Source: Mobula hypostoma (Eukaryota). Taken from it: a DNA stretch of 64,000 nt. Within the stretch, counting starts at the first letter, position 1. Each line of letters starts with the position of its first letter. Location of the stretch: the NCBI RefSeq assembly GCF_963921235.1, contig NC_086097.1:63118001-63182000 (forward strand), given 5' to 3'. A program made the position numbers and the translations under genes. Below, in pieces: positions 11,798 through 24,007 of this stretch. The notes under the pieces are model-generated. The model saw only the letters and a program-made list of their open reading frames with translations, was not told where the DNA came from and made no database searches.

Positions 11798-13315
11798 ATA
11801 GCAAAAGTAAGGCAAGATTAAGGGGAAGACTTGGGAAGGTAAATGTTGAGTGAACTACAATGACCAATGGTGAAGCAAGAAGGAAGAAGAATAAAAACTG
11901 GAATCAGAGATTAGAGGGTATGAAAAGGGAGATTAAAACAAAAAATTATTTAGTTTAAGTCTGTTTTGGCCAAACATTATCAATCCCAGTATTCAAAATG
12001 GGGAAAAAGTGACTGCTAAGACATTAGTGCCCAATTTACACTGGCACCCAAATTGAATTCCCATCTTGTGTGCGTTTATGAAACAATGTGTGCTCATGCC
12101 ACTGTGGGAAGTAAAGAGACGTGAAATTGCTCCAGGAACTAGTCAGCAATTTTCTTGTGTAATGCTTACTAAAATCTTGGAAAATGCCACAAACCAGTGC
12201 GTACCACATTGTGATCCCAGTACTCTGATTTTGCCCTCATCTCTGCCTCTTTTGCTGACCAATACCAATTCATCAGCCTCCACAGTGATGCTGGATCAAA
12301 GAAATCCCATATTGAACTTCTAGGACCCTTAACTCATTTCTTTCAAGCACAATAATTTGATACTAACTTGATATTAACCCATCTTACCAGTTCAAAGTGA
12401 GCTTAAAACAAAATGTTTTGGCTTTCCACATTTGCTGCTGATTGACATTTGAAACTGAATTCTGAAAGGGTTATGTTTCCTTTGTACTACTTATACCCAA
12501 AAACTATTTCCACTATATTTCTGTTAAAATTTGAGCTGTTGAATGAAAGCAACTGCAAAGAAATGCTCACTCAGTGTGCACTCCTTTGCAACACCAAAGA
12601 GAATATTCGCATTAAAAGAGCACAGGAACAAAATGGCACTTAATTAACAGATTCAATAATAACAGCGCAGAACAGCTTTCATAAAAGCAGCATATCCAAG
12701 TCGAGTCTGCACTGAGTTGCGGTAAATGAACAGCAGAAAAGACTATTCAAATAAAGACTGTACCAAAACGTAAAGATTGAAACAATACAGTGGCAGCACA
12801 TAAAAAATTAAACTATACTAACAGACAGAAAGGTAAATGTGTACCTATGCACTCAAAAAAACATAAAAGTAAATAATTGCATCACTGTCTGCATCAAAAA
12901 GGAGGTTCGTTGATAAAGGATAATTTATCGAACCAAAATAACTGGTAAAAAGTGATTGTTGTTAACCAACAACTGTTCTAATTGTCTGGAGTATATTAAA
13001 ATTTAATACTTTTTGGTTATAAATGAGGCATATAGGTGACGATAGAGCAAAGGCAAATCACAGTAACTCATTGCTATTCACAAGAACAGAATCAAATATC
13101 TCTGCGATGATTGTACGCTCTAGTATCAATTGTTTGGCGACAATAAAGTATAAAGAGTACAGAAGAAATCAAAAAGAAAAAAAAACTCCAGGTGTTAGAA
13201 GTCTAAAATAAAAATGGAAAATTCCTGAAACATTAGACGGCATATGTGAGAAAAGAAGTTATCAGATCAATAGTTCCTCAACCAAATAAAGACAAGTTAG
13301 AAAACAACAATGTTT

Positions 13316-13575
13316 AGCAACACACACACAAAATGCTAGAGGAACTCAGCAGGTCAGGTAGCATCCATGGAAATGTTGGAGAGAGAAAAACTGTGTTAAT
13401 GTTACAGGCTAATGATCTTCCATAAGAACTAGCCAATTCTTACACAAATTGTAAAACCAGGTATCTGAAGTTGTTGAGTTCATTGTTGAATTCTCAAGGA
13501 CTGTAATATTTCTAATCACAAGTTGAAAAGCTGTTCCTCTAGTTTTCATTGGGCTGGGTTAGAATAGTGTAAGTG
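13316..13575 (-). mobile_element. Decayed PLE terminal fragment(s)
   Basis: cacacaaaatgctagaggaactcagcaggtcagg plus a decayed endonuclease-end sequence. Confidence 0.65.
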
Positions 13576-13594
13576 GCAAAATACTCAGTATTTA

Positions 13595-14122
13595 AGACCA
13601 TAAGACATAGGAGTAGAATTAAGCCATTCAGCCCATCAAGTCCACTCCGCCATTTCATCATGGCTGATGCTGGATCCCATTCAACCCCACACACCATATC
13701 CCTTGACGTCCCAACCAATCAGGAATCTATCAACTTCTACTTCAAATATACCCACAGACTTGTCCTCCACTGCAGTCTGTGGCAGAGCATTCCACAGATT
13801 CACCACTCTTTGGCTAAAAATAAATACCCCCTTACCACTGTTATAAAAGGTCGCCCCTCAGTTTTGAGGCTGTGCCCTTTAGTTCCGGATATCCCCACCA
13901 GAGGAAACATCCTCTCCACATCCACCTTATCTTGTCCTTTCAACATTCAGTAGGTTTCAATGAGATCCCCACACGTTCTTCTAAATTCCAGAGAGTACAG
14001 GCCCAAGACTGCCAAACATTCCCCACTTGTTAACCTCTTCATCACCAGAATAATCCTCACGTACTTCCCCTGGGCTCCCTCCAACGACAACACATCGTTT
14101 CTGAGATATGGGGCCTACAACT
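13595..14122 (-). mobile_element. CR1 LINE 3' end
   Basis: Reverse complement of a CR1 ORF2 C-terminus and 3' UTR (taagaccataagacataggag...), same type as 58510-58955. Confidence 0.85.
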
Positions 14123-14137
14123 CTATAGAGTAGAATA

Positions 14138-14495
14138 AAAACACAATAATGCCGGAAACACTCAGAAGATCAGGCAGCATATGTGGAAATAGAAGAAAAG
14201 TTAACAATTCATGTAAAGGCCCCTCGTCAGAACTAGGGAGAGGAGAAAACAAGCTGTTATCATGATGCAGGGAGTGTGAGGATGACTGGATAGAGTAAAG
14301 GAAGTATCTCTGTTAGATTGAGACCAAGGGCCATAGGGATAAACTGACCTCATCTGAACAAAGATATTTGCTTTCCTAATCTCCTCTGCAATTTGAACGA
14401 ACTTGTTTTCTCAATTTGAAGTTGTGATGAAAGGTCTTTGCTTTTACATGGTGCTTAACTGCGTGTTGAGCATTTCCAGCATTTTCTATTTTAGA
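14138..14495. mobile_element. PLE-derived insert with inverted termini
   Basis: Left end acacaataatgccggaaacactcag; right end ttgagcatttccagcattttct. Confidence 0.55.
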
Positions 14496-14519
14496 TTATG
14501 AGAACACTCAGTCCTCTTT

Positions 14520-15170
14520 TATAGTCATGTAGAAATGCATACATGCATTAGGAAATGATACAATGTTTCTCCAGAGTGATATCACAGAAAACAGGACAAA
14601 CCAAAGACCAACACTGACAGAACCACATAATTATGACATATAGTTACAGCAGTGCAAAACAATACTATAATTTGATGAAGAACAAACCATGGGCACGGTA
14701 AAAATAGTCTCAAAGTCCCTGAGTCGATCGACTCCAGAGTCCCCAATAGCAGGCGGCAAAAGGGAGAAACTCCCTGCCATAAACCTCCAGGCACCGTTAA
14801 CTTGCTGATGCCTTGGAAGCAGCCAACCACAGCCGACACTGAGTTCATCCATCCGAAAACTTCGAGCCTCCGACCAGCCGCTCTGATACAGCCTCCCGAG
14901 CGCCATCCTCTGCCGAGCGCCTTCGACCTCGCCCTGGCCGCTGAAACACGCAAAGCTGAGGATTCGGGGCCTTCTGCTCTGAAGATTCCAGTTACCACAC
15001 AGTAGCAGCGGCAGCGAAGCGGGCATTTCAGAAGTTTTTCAGATGTTCCTCTGTACTCTCACATCCATCTCCATCAAATCAGAATTGTGCACGGTCCCCT
15101 ATTTGACAGATTACATATATCATTCACCGGAGAGGCGGCGCGCGCTGCCGTCATGCCTCCATCTTCTCCT
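14520..15170 (-). mobile_element. Young non-autonomous LINE-related repeat with a CpG-rich 5' end
   Basis: Abrupt GC/CpG-rich block, no convincing ORF, and a LINE-like 3' tail on the minus strand; family not identified. Confidence 0.45.
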
Positions 15171-15209
15171 CCATCTTTTTAATCTTTTAAATATTTTCAT
15201 TTTACATTT

Positions 15210-15458
15210 CCAGTCTGTCTGGAAGGAGTTTGTATGTTCTCGCTATGATTATGTGAGTTTCCTCCGGGTGCCCTGGTTTCCTCCCACATTCCAAAAGACA
15301 TAGGGGTTAGGGTTAGTAAGCTGTGGGCATGCTACATTGGTGCTGGAAGCATGGCGACATTTGCAAGCTGTCCCCAGCACATCCTCAGACTGATGCAAAA
15401 CGACACATCTCACTGTATGCTTTGATGTTTCAATGTGCATGTGACAAATAAAGCTAAG
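15210..15458 (+). mobile_element. V-SINE body and tail
   Basis: ggagtttgtatgttctc...ggtttcctcccacattccaaaagac...gtgacaaataaagcta. Confidence 0.75.
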
Positions 15459-16336
15459 CGCTTTTGAAATAGCTCAGTATCTGAAGATGTTTTGATTTAG
15501 ATTTGGAGCCCAGAATAGAAATGGAAATGGAGAGTTAACACCATGACTTCTTGCTGTTTTCAATCTTTGTTGTTCTTTTTGTTTTATCCATCTCTCCACT
15601 CTGCAACTTAAAACAGGTTTCATTTGTAATGTTTCCGAGTTCTGATGCAGAGTTATCAATCTGAAACTTCAGCTCTATTTCTTTCAACTGATGCTAATAA
15701 AAGAAATCAATCAGATTCATTTCAGAGCAATTTATTTAGGCAAAGAGACTGAATTGAATTCAATACGCCAGGTTGAATAGTGAAGATTGATCATATTGCT
15801 TGTACAAGTTAACTTATTGATAGTTTTATTCTGTGAATCAGCAATGAGTTTTAGTCAAAAAGAGGAAGAAAAATGATAGTGACTATTTCCGGAAGTCATG
15901 GTGAAGTGTGGGTGGTAGATAGCTGGAGAGTTTATTTCCAGCTCATCAAGAATAATTGATAAATCACATATGGTCAATATGACCATGAAAATGCAAATCT
16001 CATGGCAATGAATAATGAGCCAAACTGTGCTCAGTAAGACCCATTGACCTGCCCTCGCTTCTCCCTTTTTTCCTACAGACGTTCTTAACTAAGCGTGATC
16101 CCTTTGATTCGCTGAACTAGAGGCTCCTATGCTGTGGGTGTCCTGCCAGACAGAGCATTCCAGAGAGACAAAGGAGTCCGAGTTTGCTGTTGAACAGCCA
16201 TGTTCTAAAGCTCTTCACTTGGACTTACATAACTGAAACAAAATAATGACCATTTTAAACAATATTTTTAAATATTTTAAATGCCAGAATTGAATTAAAA
16301 TTACATTTTAAAAATTCTCTGTACATAGCTTTTCAA

Positions 16337-16588
16337 TCGGTAGCATGGTGGTTTGCGCAATGCTTTATAGCACCAGCAACCTGGGTTCAATTCCCGCCAC
16401 TGTCTACAAGGAATTTGTTTGCTCCCCCTAAAACCTTATGGGTTTCTCCAGGTGCTCTGGTTTCCTCCCACATTCCAAAGACATACGAGTTAGTGGGTTA
16501 ATTGGTCACATGTGTAACTAGGCAGCATGGGCTCGCTGGGCTGGAAGGGCCAGTCACCGTGCTGTATATTGAAATAAAATAAAAATAG
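16337..16588 (+). mobile_element. tRNA-derived V-SINE
   Basis: tagcatggtgg A-box, gggttcaattccc B-box, V core, (A)n-type tail. Confidence 0.8.
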
Positions 16589-17207
16589 AATCAATCAAGA
16601 TTGGCGATCCTGTTCAAATGAACAGAGAGCTTCCCTGTGCACCAATGATATGGTCCAGTCCGTCAGCTGGAAATGCTCGTCCTCTGCCCTCGAGCTCACA
16701 ACATGGAAGGACCAGCATCAATCCTCAGTTTGGTTCTGACGTGGCCATGCATTGCACAGCTGTGAGGGATGGAGCCAACATGCACTCTGCAGCAAACCAG
16801 GAATTATCTATAGAGCACCAACTGCAGATCAGTATGGCCTAGTCCAGTCAAAAGCAGTCTTACAGCAATAAGCAGAATAGGTGAGTTTTTCAGCCGCTAT
16901 ATGAGAAGCAATGTTCAGTTCCCCTGTTGCTAGACACCGTTAAGAATATTACTCTGCATAATTGCAGAAGGAAGAGTGAAGCAAAGACTTGCCATTTCAG
17001 TACTAAATTTACAAAATCCCAGCAAATATGATGCAAGTGCCTGAATTCAGTCACAGGTAAGTTACTGGATCAGTGAGCAGTGTAATAGGCCAAAGACAGA
17101 TTTCAGAGTAGAATCAAATGGAGCAAGAACTGGGGCAAATGAACTGGAGGAACTCAACGGGTTGGCAACATCTGTGGGGGAAAGGAACTGTTGATACCTT
17201 GGTTCAA

Positions 17208-17369
17208 GAAGAAGAAGAAAGCCCTTATCTCCAGGTGGAGTCATCGGGACGCCGTCATGACGGTGTTTTTTTTTAGCAGGCTTTTTTATTTTTACGGCGC
17301 TCGACGCTCAACCCAGCACGGATGGAAGTCCAAAGTCCGGCGCTGATGCCACTACGCCACCAGCCAGCC
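17208..17369 (-). mobile_element. Short tRNA-derived SINE (same family as 30855-31040 and 56560-56752)
   Basis: Minus strand starts ggctggctggtggcgtagtggcatcagcgccggact; (CTT)n tail. Confidence 0.75.
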
Positions 17370-17539
17370 ACTTTAGTTCAAAACACTGCAACAATACTGA
17401 GAGTGGAGAGGGCAGATGGCCAGTATAAAGAGGAGAGAGGGAGTGCTGAGACAGGAGCTTAAGGTAATTGGTGGAGTGATGCAGGGCAAAAGATGACAGG
17501 TGAATTGTGTCAGGTAGGGAAGGGGATGGAATTTAGTTG

Positions 17540-17735
17540 TTTTGTTTTTTTTTTAATTTAGAGATAAGAACAGTAACAAGGCCTTCTGGCCCAATGAGAC
17601 TCTGCTGCCCAGCTGCACACATGTGACCAATTAACCTGTTAACCTGTCTATCTTTGTAATTTTGAAGGAAACCGGAGCATCCAGAGGAAAGCCATGCGGT
17701 CAGGCAGAGAATGTACAAACTCCTTTCAGACAGTA
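17540..17735 (-). mobile_element. V-SINE fragment
   Basis: ggaaaccggagcatccagaggaaagcc...gaatgtacaaactcc is the reverse complement of the V core. Confidence 0.7.
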
Positions 17736-18719
17736 AGCTGGGAGACCGTGGGGGATAGATGGTAAATGGAGGCAAGGGGAGAGAAATCAATGAGGGGCAA
17801 AGGGAGGGTGGTGGGACAAGGAAAGGATGAATGTTGGAGATGAGAAGCAGGAACATAAAGGACTGCAAATGTTGGAATCTGATGAGAAAAGGTATCGTCA
17901 AAACACTCTCCTGGATCTGTTTTTTTTCTAGAATTCACTTCTCTCTGGAGATTCCCTTATCACCTCCTTTACTTACCAGATTCCAACAATGGTATTCTTT
18001 TGTGTCTCTATCTGCGTTCATCTATCATCCACCTGCTACTGTCTCCCAACTCCACCCTTCTCCCTTCCCCTACCTAGCTAAATATCTCTGTCATTTTTTC
18101 ACCCCGATCACTCCACCAATTACTTTGGGCTCCTGTCTCAGCACTCCCCCTCTCCACCCTCAGTCCTTTCACCCCACAGATCCTGCTTGACCTATTGAGT
18201 TCCTTCAGCAGATTGTTTGTTGCTCCAGATTCCAGCATCTGCAGTCTCCTGTGCCTTCAGGAAAGGAGGCAACTCAGCCAGTCAATAAAAGAATTATGCA
18301 ATTAATTCCATTTTCAGCCTGTTACTCCCAAAAAAATGCAGTACAATACAAATGGAAATGGAAGCTATACAATTAGCATATTAATATGCAGTACATTCTA
18401 TGTAATGTACTCATACCATGCAATTTATTGTATATACCACCAGCAGTAACCAAATCCATCCAATATATGATGAAACTGGAACCATGTGAATTGAAAAACT
18501 GAATAGCAGATTTGTGTATCTATATTTTCAGATCACTATTTTACAGCAACTGAACAAAATTATGAAATAGCCTGCTGCCCATGAAAATAAAATTATTATC
18601 AGTAATTGCAAGACATCCATGCATTGATGTACCATAGAGTGACAAGGAATAATAGTTCTGGTTTCAATTTTCTTAAATTCATCACAAACGGTAAGTGAAC
18701 CCAGGCCAATGCTCCATCA

Positions 18720-18814
18720 TTTGTTTGTTCGTCCATCGTACAACGATGAGAACCACTCTAGTTATCTGCAATTTGTAGGGGTCGGACTGGTCTGTTGGTA
18801 TGCAGATAGACCCC
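18720..18814 (-). mobile_element. RTE LINE extreme 3' end, separated from its body (21490-22570) by the Gypsy insertion
   Basis: ttgtttgttcgtccatcgt...gatgagaacc resembles an RTE 3' tail on the minus strand; the reading continues the C-terminus that breaks off at 21490. Confidence 0.6.
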
Positions 18815-21489
18815 TGTGTCTTCCTTTGAATTAGTTTATTGTTTGGAAGTTACAAACATAACATTGGTGCCCAATTATTTTTAAAGTGAACCTGAGACAG
18901 CTATCAACACGCTGATGTGCAGTAATACATTCAAACTAAAGAAAAAGCAGCAGGGAATCGTCGAATTTCAAAAACACAGCCCAGCACATTCTGAGAGGGT
19001 TGAGTTAAAAGCAGTGCAGCACGTGTTCTTCAGAAGGGAAAACACGACTGAGATTTTAAAAAGACGGTCAGGAAAAGAAAGAATTCACAGGTTCATAAAT
19101 AGTGAGTACCAAGTGATAATAATCATAATAAAGAGCAGAAATAGCTGGCTACATCAGAAAGATGAACACATTTGATTACACAAAAGATAACTGAAATATG
19201 TACACTGAGGCAATGCAGCAATATTTTGAAGCAAATGAAATAGCCAATGAGAAACGGGGAGCAATTTTGATGAGTGTATTGGGTTTAAAGGCATACAGTT
19301 TTTTTGATGTTTCACTATTCCAACCAAACCAGCAAAAATTAGCTTTGCTGATATTTTAAAAGTAACGCAGGAACATTTGGAACCAAAACCATTGTTGATT
19401 TAAGAACGCTTTAAGTTTCATAAGCAGAATCAAAAAGAAGGGGAGCCAGTTTCAGCATATATGGCTGCATTGAAGAGATTGCCTGTGGATTGCCAATTTA
19501 ATAATGGGCTTAATAATACACTAAAGAAATAATTTAGTTTGTGGAATCTCAAAAGATAGCATTCAAAACTGGCTCCTGCTTCACATTTAAAAGAACTGTT
19601 GAAATCGCTGTTTCAATGGAGTCAGGAATGAAAGTGAGCGTGAACAAAATTGCAATGTTTGAACGGAAATCGGCCTGGCCAAATTGTGTTACTACTATGG
19701 TAGGGAATCACTTACATCAGATCAATGCAGATTTGAAGGCAAAACTTGCAGAAAATGCAACAAAGTAGGACACATACAAAGAGCATGTCGGGCAGACAAA
19801 AAGAAATTGACTGCACAGGGAACAGAAAAAGCTGAATAATCAATATGTAGTTTTAAAAAGAGCACTATTCGCCATGCTGTTGATAAAAAATCTGATATTG
19901 ATGAGAGTGATACAGGACTGCGTAGCCTTAAGATTTAAAGTATGAAAATTAACAATAGGCGAGCAATATGGCTTACACCAGAAGTTAACGGCAAATTAAT
20001 TAAAATTGAATTAGATACTGGTTCAACTGTTGCACTTATTCCTCTATTCCTCAAAGTGAGTTTGAATGGCATTTCAAAGATACTGAACTGAAGCCTACAG
20101 ATATCCAACTAAGAAGTTATACTGGAGAAAAGATAACTGCTGTGGGAATGATATTCATAACAGTGAAATACAACAACCAACAAGCCACATTGAGCTTGTA
20201 TGTGGTAAAAACAGGAGGATCAGCATTGTCGTGGTGTGATTGCCTGAAACAACTACAACTTAATTGGAGATCCATCCTCCATTAACATGCCCCACCCTCT
20301 GCAATGAAGCTATCTGAAAGCAAATTAAGAAAGGTACTAGATGATATAACAACTGTCTCCATGCTGCAAATTATGAACAGAGGGTGAACAGGTGGTGGTG
20401 CCAACCTCTGTGCCTCTGTCTGGAAAGCATACCGGATGAAGGAAGGACCTCGCTGCTCAGATGAAGGGTGAAAGTGACAAAAGCAATGGTCTGACTGAAA
20501 CAGCTTTTGTAGGCAAAACATCTAAGCTTCAGATAGGTTAATCAGGCAATTACTTGTGAAACGTGGCTTGGTTTTAAACTCGAAGAGAATTCAAGGAGCT
20601 TCAGGAAAGTTCAAGGAACATCCAGCTTTTGTAAGTATTAAGAACTAGAATCTACTCTGTGTGCATTAAGGTTATTGTATGAACTTCAAGTGGGAGACAA
20701 AGAACTGTTTGCAAAGGTACATACAAAGACCAAAGCCCAGTGGGTGAATAGAAGGCCAAAAAGAAAAGAGCCAATGTTAATACGAAAACAAAGGCTTCAT
20801 CAGATGATGTTGTGGATGAAGAAATCAAGAGGAGATTTCAGATTGTAAAGGAAGCAATAGAAGGATTTACTTCAGTAAGCTAAATGTAACTTCCCAAGAC
20901 CAGGATACGCAAACTAGAAGAAAAAGAAGAAACAGAGAGGTGGCTACCACCATCAGAACCATTTCCTGCACTCTCAGAGTCCACTCCAACTAGCACCATG
21001 GAGGAGGCCCCAGAACCTGAGATTGTTTTCACAGCCACAAGTCTCACCTGCCAGGCAGAGTTATCCCCTCCTTGTCAGGAAAGACATTATCCCACAGGAG
21101 TAAGAAAGCCTCCTCAACAATTAAAGCATAAAGCCTTAATAGCACAATTTTAAATTTACTATGCCGGGGATGTCTATATAATAATAGTATTAAATACTAT
21201 ACTCTGTATATAGCTGATGTGTATTCTCCATTGAGTTGGAGTTTATAGCTAAGAAGGGAGGAGTGTTGTTTATTTAATATTTCAATAATATTTGAGTAAT
21301 CTTATATTGTTTGATTATATAATTCATTAGGGGCTATATGTACAAGTTCATGAAATGTATACACTATCACTCTACCATGTGATTATGTGCAAGCCTCGCT
21401 TAAAACAAACTCAAAGTAAAACCTACATTCCGGAACTCCCGTTCCTTCCTTTGAATTAATTTAATGTTTTGAAATTACAAAGTATAACA
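18815..21489 (+). mobile_element. Gypsy LTR retrotransposon, decayed and internally deleted (gag and protease remnants; no RT, RNase H or integrase core)
   Basis: 5' LTR remnant 18815-18863 matches the end of the 3' LTR 21264-21489 (TG...CA); PBS-like TGGTG at 18865; PPT aagaagggaggag at 21251-21263; gag YFEANEI...HLEPKPLL..ERFKFH; CCHC knuckle CRKCNKVGHIQRAC; protease ELDTGS. Confidence 0.88.
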
Positions 21490-22570
21490 ATGGGGATAAA
21501 AGATGGCAAACGCATTGGGTTGACGAGGTTACTGGCTCAGACTTTCCTGGCCAGTCTACATCTCTCTATTGCAATTGTCTTTGCTGTCTCATGTGTCACT
21601 GCTCCCTTACGGAGGGAGGAGTGTCACTCAACCTGATCCTGGGGGATATGTTCTCATGTGTCTGGGTTGATGCCAAAGGCTTCTAGTGAAGTTTTCAGGC
21701 TGTCTATAGCATTTCCTTTGGCCTCCATGGCAACGCTTTCCTTTCTGTAGTTCTCTATAAAGCAGTCTCTTAGGCATCCGATGGTCAGGCATATGAGCTA
21801 CGTGGCCAGCCCAGCATAACTGGGATTGTATCAAGATAGTGTAGATACTGGGCAGGCCCACCTTACTAAGTACCTGAGTGTCAGGGATTCTGTCTTGACA
21901 CTTAATGTTGAGGAGTTTTCTGAGGCAGACTGTGTGGAAATGGTTCAGTTTCTTTGCATACCATTGATTCTCTGTCCATGTTTCACAGGCATAAAGCAGA
22001 GTGGAAAGCCTTTAGTCCTATATATCTTCAGCTTTGTCTATAGACTTGTGGCTCTTCTGTACTAGATGTTGGTATAAAGTCTGCCAAAGGGTACACTCGC
22101 TTTGGCGATCCTAGTGTTTACTTCATCATCGATGACAATGTTCTGGGACAGTGTGCTGCCAAGGTAAGTGAATTAGTTTACTGGATTGAGTCTTTGTTGC
22201 TTGTGATGTTTGGCTCAACATATGATTTCCCTGGAAATGGATGATGAAAGAAGTATTTTCCTTTTGTCAATGATCAACTCAAAGGAAAGGAAATGATCCT
22301 AATGATGTGGGGCCATAGTCTTCCATTAGTGCAGCATAGAAGTTCTTTAAGTCATATCTATCCGCATTTGGTTGGATCTCAGCATCATTATTGTTCAGCT
22401 GGGAATCCTGCATCTGTACATCTGGTGCAGTTTGTGTTATATGGTTCTTCATTTGTTCTTGAATGCATCCTTCTTTAAGATGGACTTGTGGTTGCTGTAG
22501 AAAGCTTTGTAGAGACTAGGTTTCTCATCCAGCAGCTGTTTGATGTCAACACAGTTTTTCATCAAAGCAA
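21490..22570 (-). mobile_element. RTE-clade LINE, decayed
   Basis: ORF 21628..21861(-) QLCWAGHVAHMPDHRMPKRLLYRELQKGKRCHGGQRK; FTYLGSTLS on the minus strand near 22140-22175. Confidence 0.85.
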
Positions 22571-23497
22571 TCCTTGTGCTTTCTGGTAGCAGGCCCCTGT
22601 ATCTCTGTAGCAGTGTTGTAGATCAGCTATCAAAATGTTGACCAGATTGTCCAGAGGAACTAGGTGACTTACTACCAAGTGAAGTTTGGGTAATGATCTA
22701 TACAGGAGATATAACAGATCCTTTGATTCAAGGTAACTTTTAGCTTGCATGTTCATCCCATGTAAATTCCAATTAATCCAGGAATCTGTGATTATTATCT
22801 CATCCTGTACTAATTTATTCTTTGGATCCTATTATGACTTCAACTTTCAGTTAGAAGGCCAGCATGGATAAGACATGTAACCTCAGGCCAGTGAACCTTA
22901 CACCAGTGACAGGAAAATTACTGGAGAGATTTCTAAGGGGTAGCATTAGTTACATTTGCAAAGGCTAGGGCTAGTCAGGGATAGACAGCATTGTTTTGTA
23001 CAGGGAAAATCCTTTCACATTAATTTGATTAAGTTTTTGATGAGGTAATTAAGATGACAGATTAAATATTAGCTTTATTTGTTGCATGTACATCGAAACA
23101 TCAAACATACAGTGAAATGCATCATTTGCATCTAATCAAATCAGCGAGGATCATGCTGGGCAGCCCGCAAGTGTCGCCACTCTTCCTGTGCCAAGACAGC
23201 ATGCCCACAACGTACTTACCCCACCAAACATAATGGAATACGTGAAGATACTGGAGCAGCCGGAGGAGCCCCTTGCAGTCACACGGGGAACATTCAAACT
23301 CCTTGCAAGGAAGAGATTGGATGGGCTGAGTTTCTTTTCCCTGGAATGAAGGAGGCTGAGTGGAGAACTGAAAGAGGCGTACACTGATAACTTCTGTTAA
23401 TATTGAGAGTTCAGAATTCTGAAAGTTTTTTTTTAAAAGACAAAGAGTAATTGCTATTTGGAACTTGCTGCCAGAGAAAGCGATGGAATCATATGTA

Positions 23498-23563
23498 CAG
23501 TACTGTGCAAAGCCTGAGGTACGTATATATAGCTAGGGTGCCTGAGACTTTTGCACAGGACTG
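23498..23563. mobile_element. 66-bp palindromic Tc1/mariner-like mini-MITE with TA on both sides
   Basis: TA|cagtactgtgcaaagcctgaggtac...gtgcctgagacttttgcacaggactg|TA. Confidence 0.75.
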
Positions 23564-23939
23564 TAGTAAGACTGTGTTGCCCTGTGTTGCTGTCACAAAA
23601 AAATTTATGACATATGAGAGTGATGATAGACCTGATTCTGATATTCTGATATAGTGGACTGAGAGTACAGGCAGAGGGGAAACATGGTTGGGAAAAGGAG
23701 AAGGGAGACAGGGACAGAGGAGGGAGCAGAAAGCACCAGAGAGACATTCTGTAATGTCAATAAACCAATTGTTTGGAATCAAATGACCTTGCCTGGTGTC
23801 TCAGATCTGGGTGTGTCTGCACCCACCCCTTGCGCTCCTTCTCTGCCACCTGTCCCACAGCCCTCCACCCTCACCTCTCCCAACATCCTTTGCTCCTGCC
23901 AGACTTACAGACTCACTCTTCGCTCAACATTGACAAACA

Positions 23940-24007
23940 CTGTACCGTGCAAGAGTCTTCAGGCGCCCTAGTTATATAAATGTGCCCAAGTATTTTGCAC
24001 AGCACTG
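23940..24007. mobile_element. Second copy of the mini-MITE, in the opposite orientation
   Basis: ctgtaccgtgcaagagtcttcaggcgccctagttatata...ttttgcacagcactg|TA. Confidence 0.7.

Larger units (their letters stand above)
17130..18255. mobile_element. PLE-derived element with inverted termini, interrupted by two SINEs
   Basis: Left end ctggaggaactcaacgggttggcaacatctgtgggg; right end ccccacagatcctgcttgacctattgagttccttcag; purine-rich then pyrimidine-rich halves. Confidence 0.6.

Noticed and set aside
16337..16400. tRNA gene
   Set aside because: The A/B boxes belong to a SINE head that continues into the V-domain; no full cloverleaf
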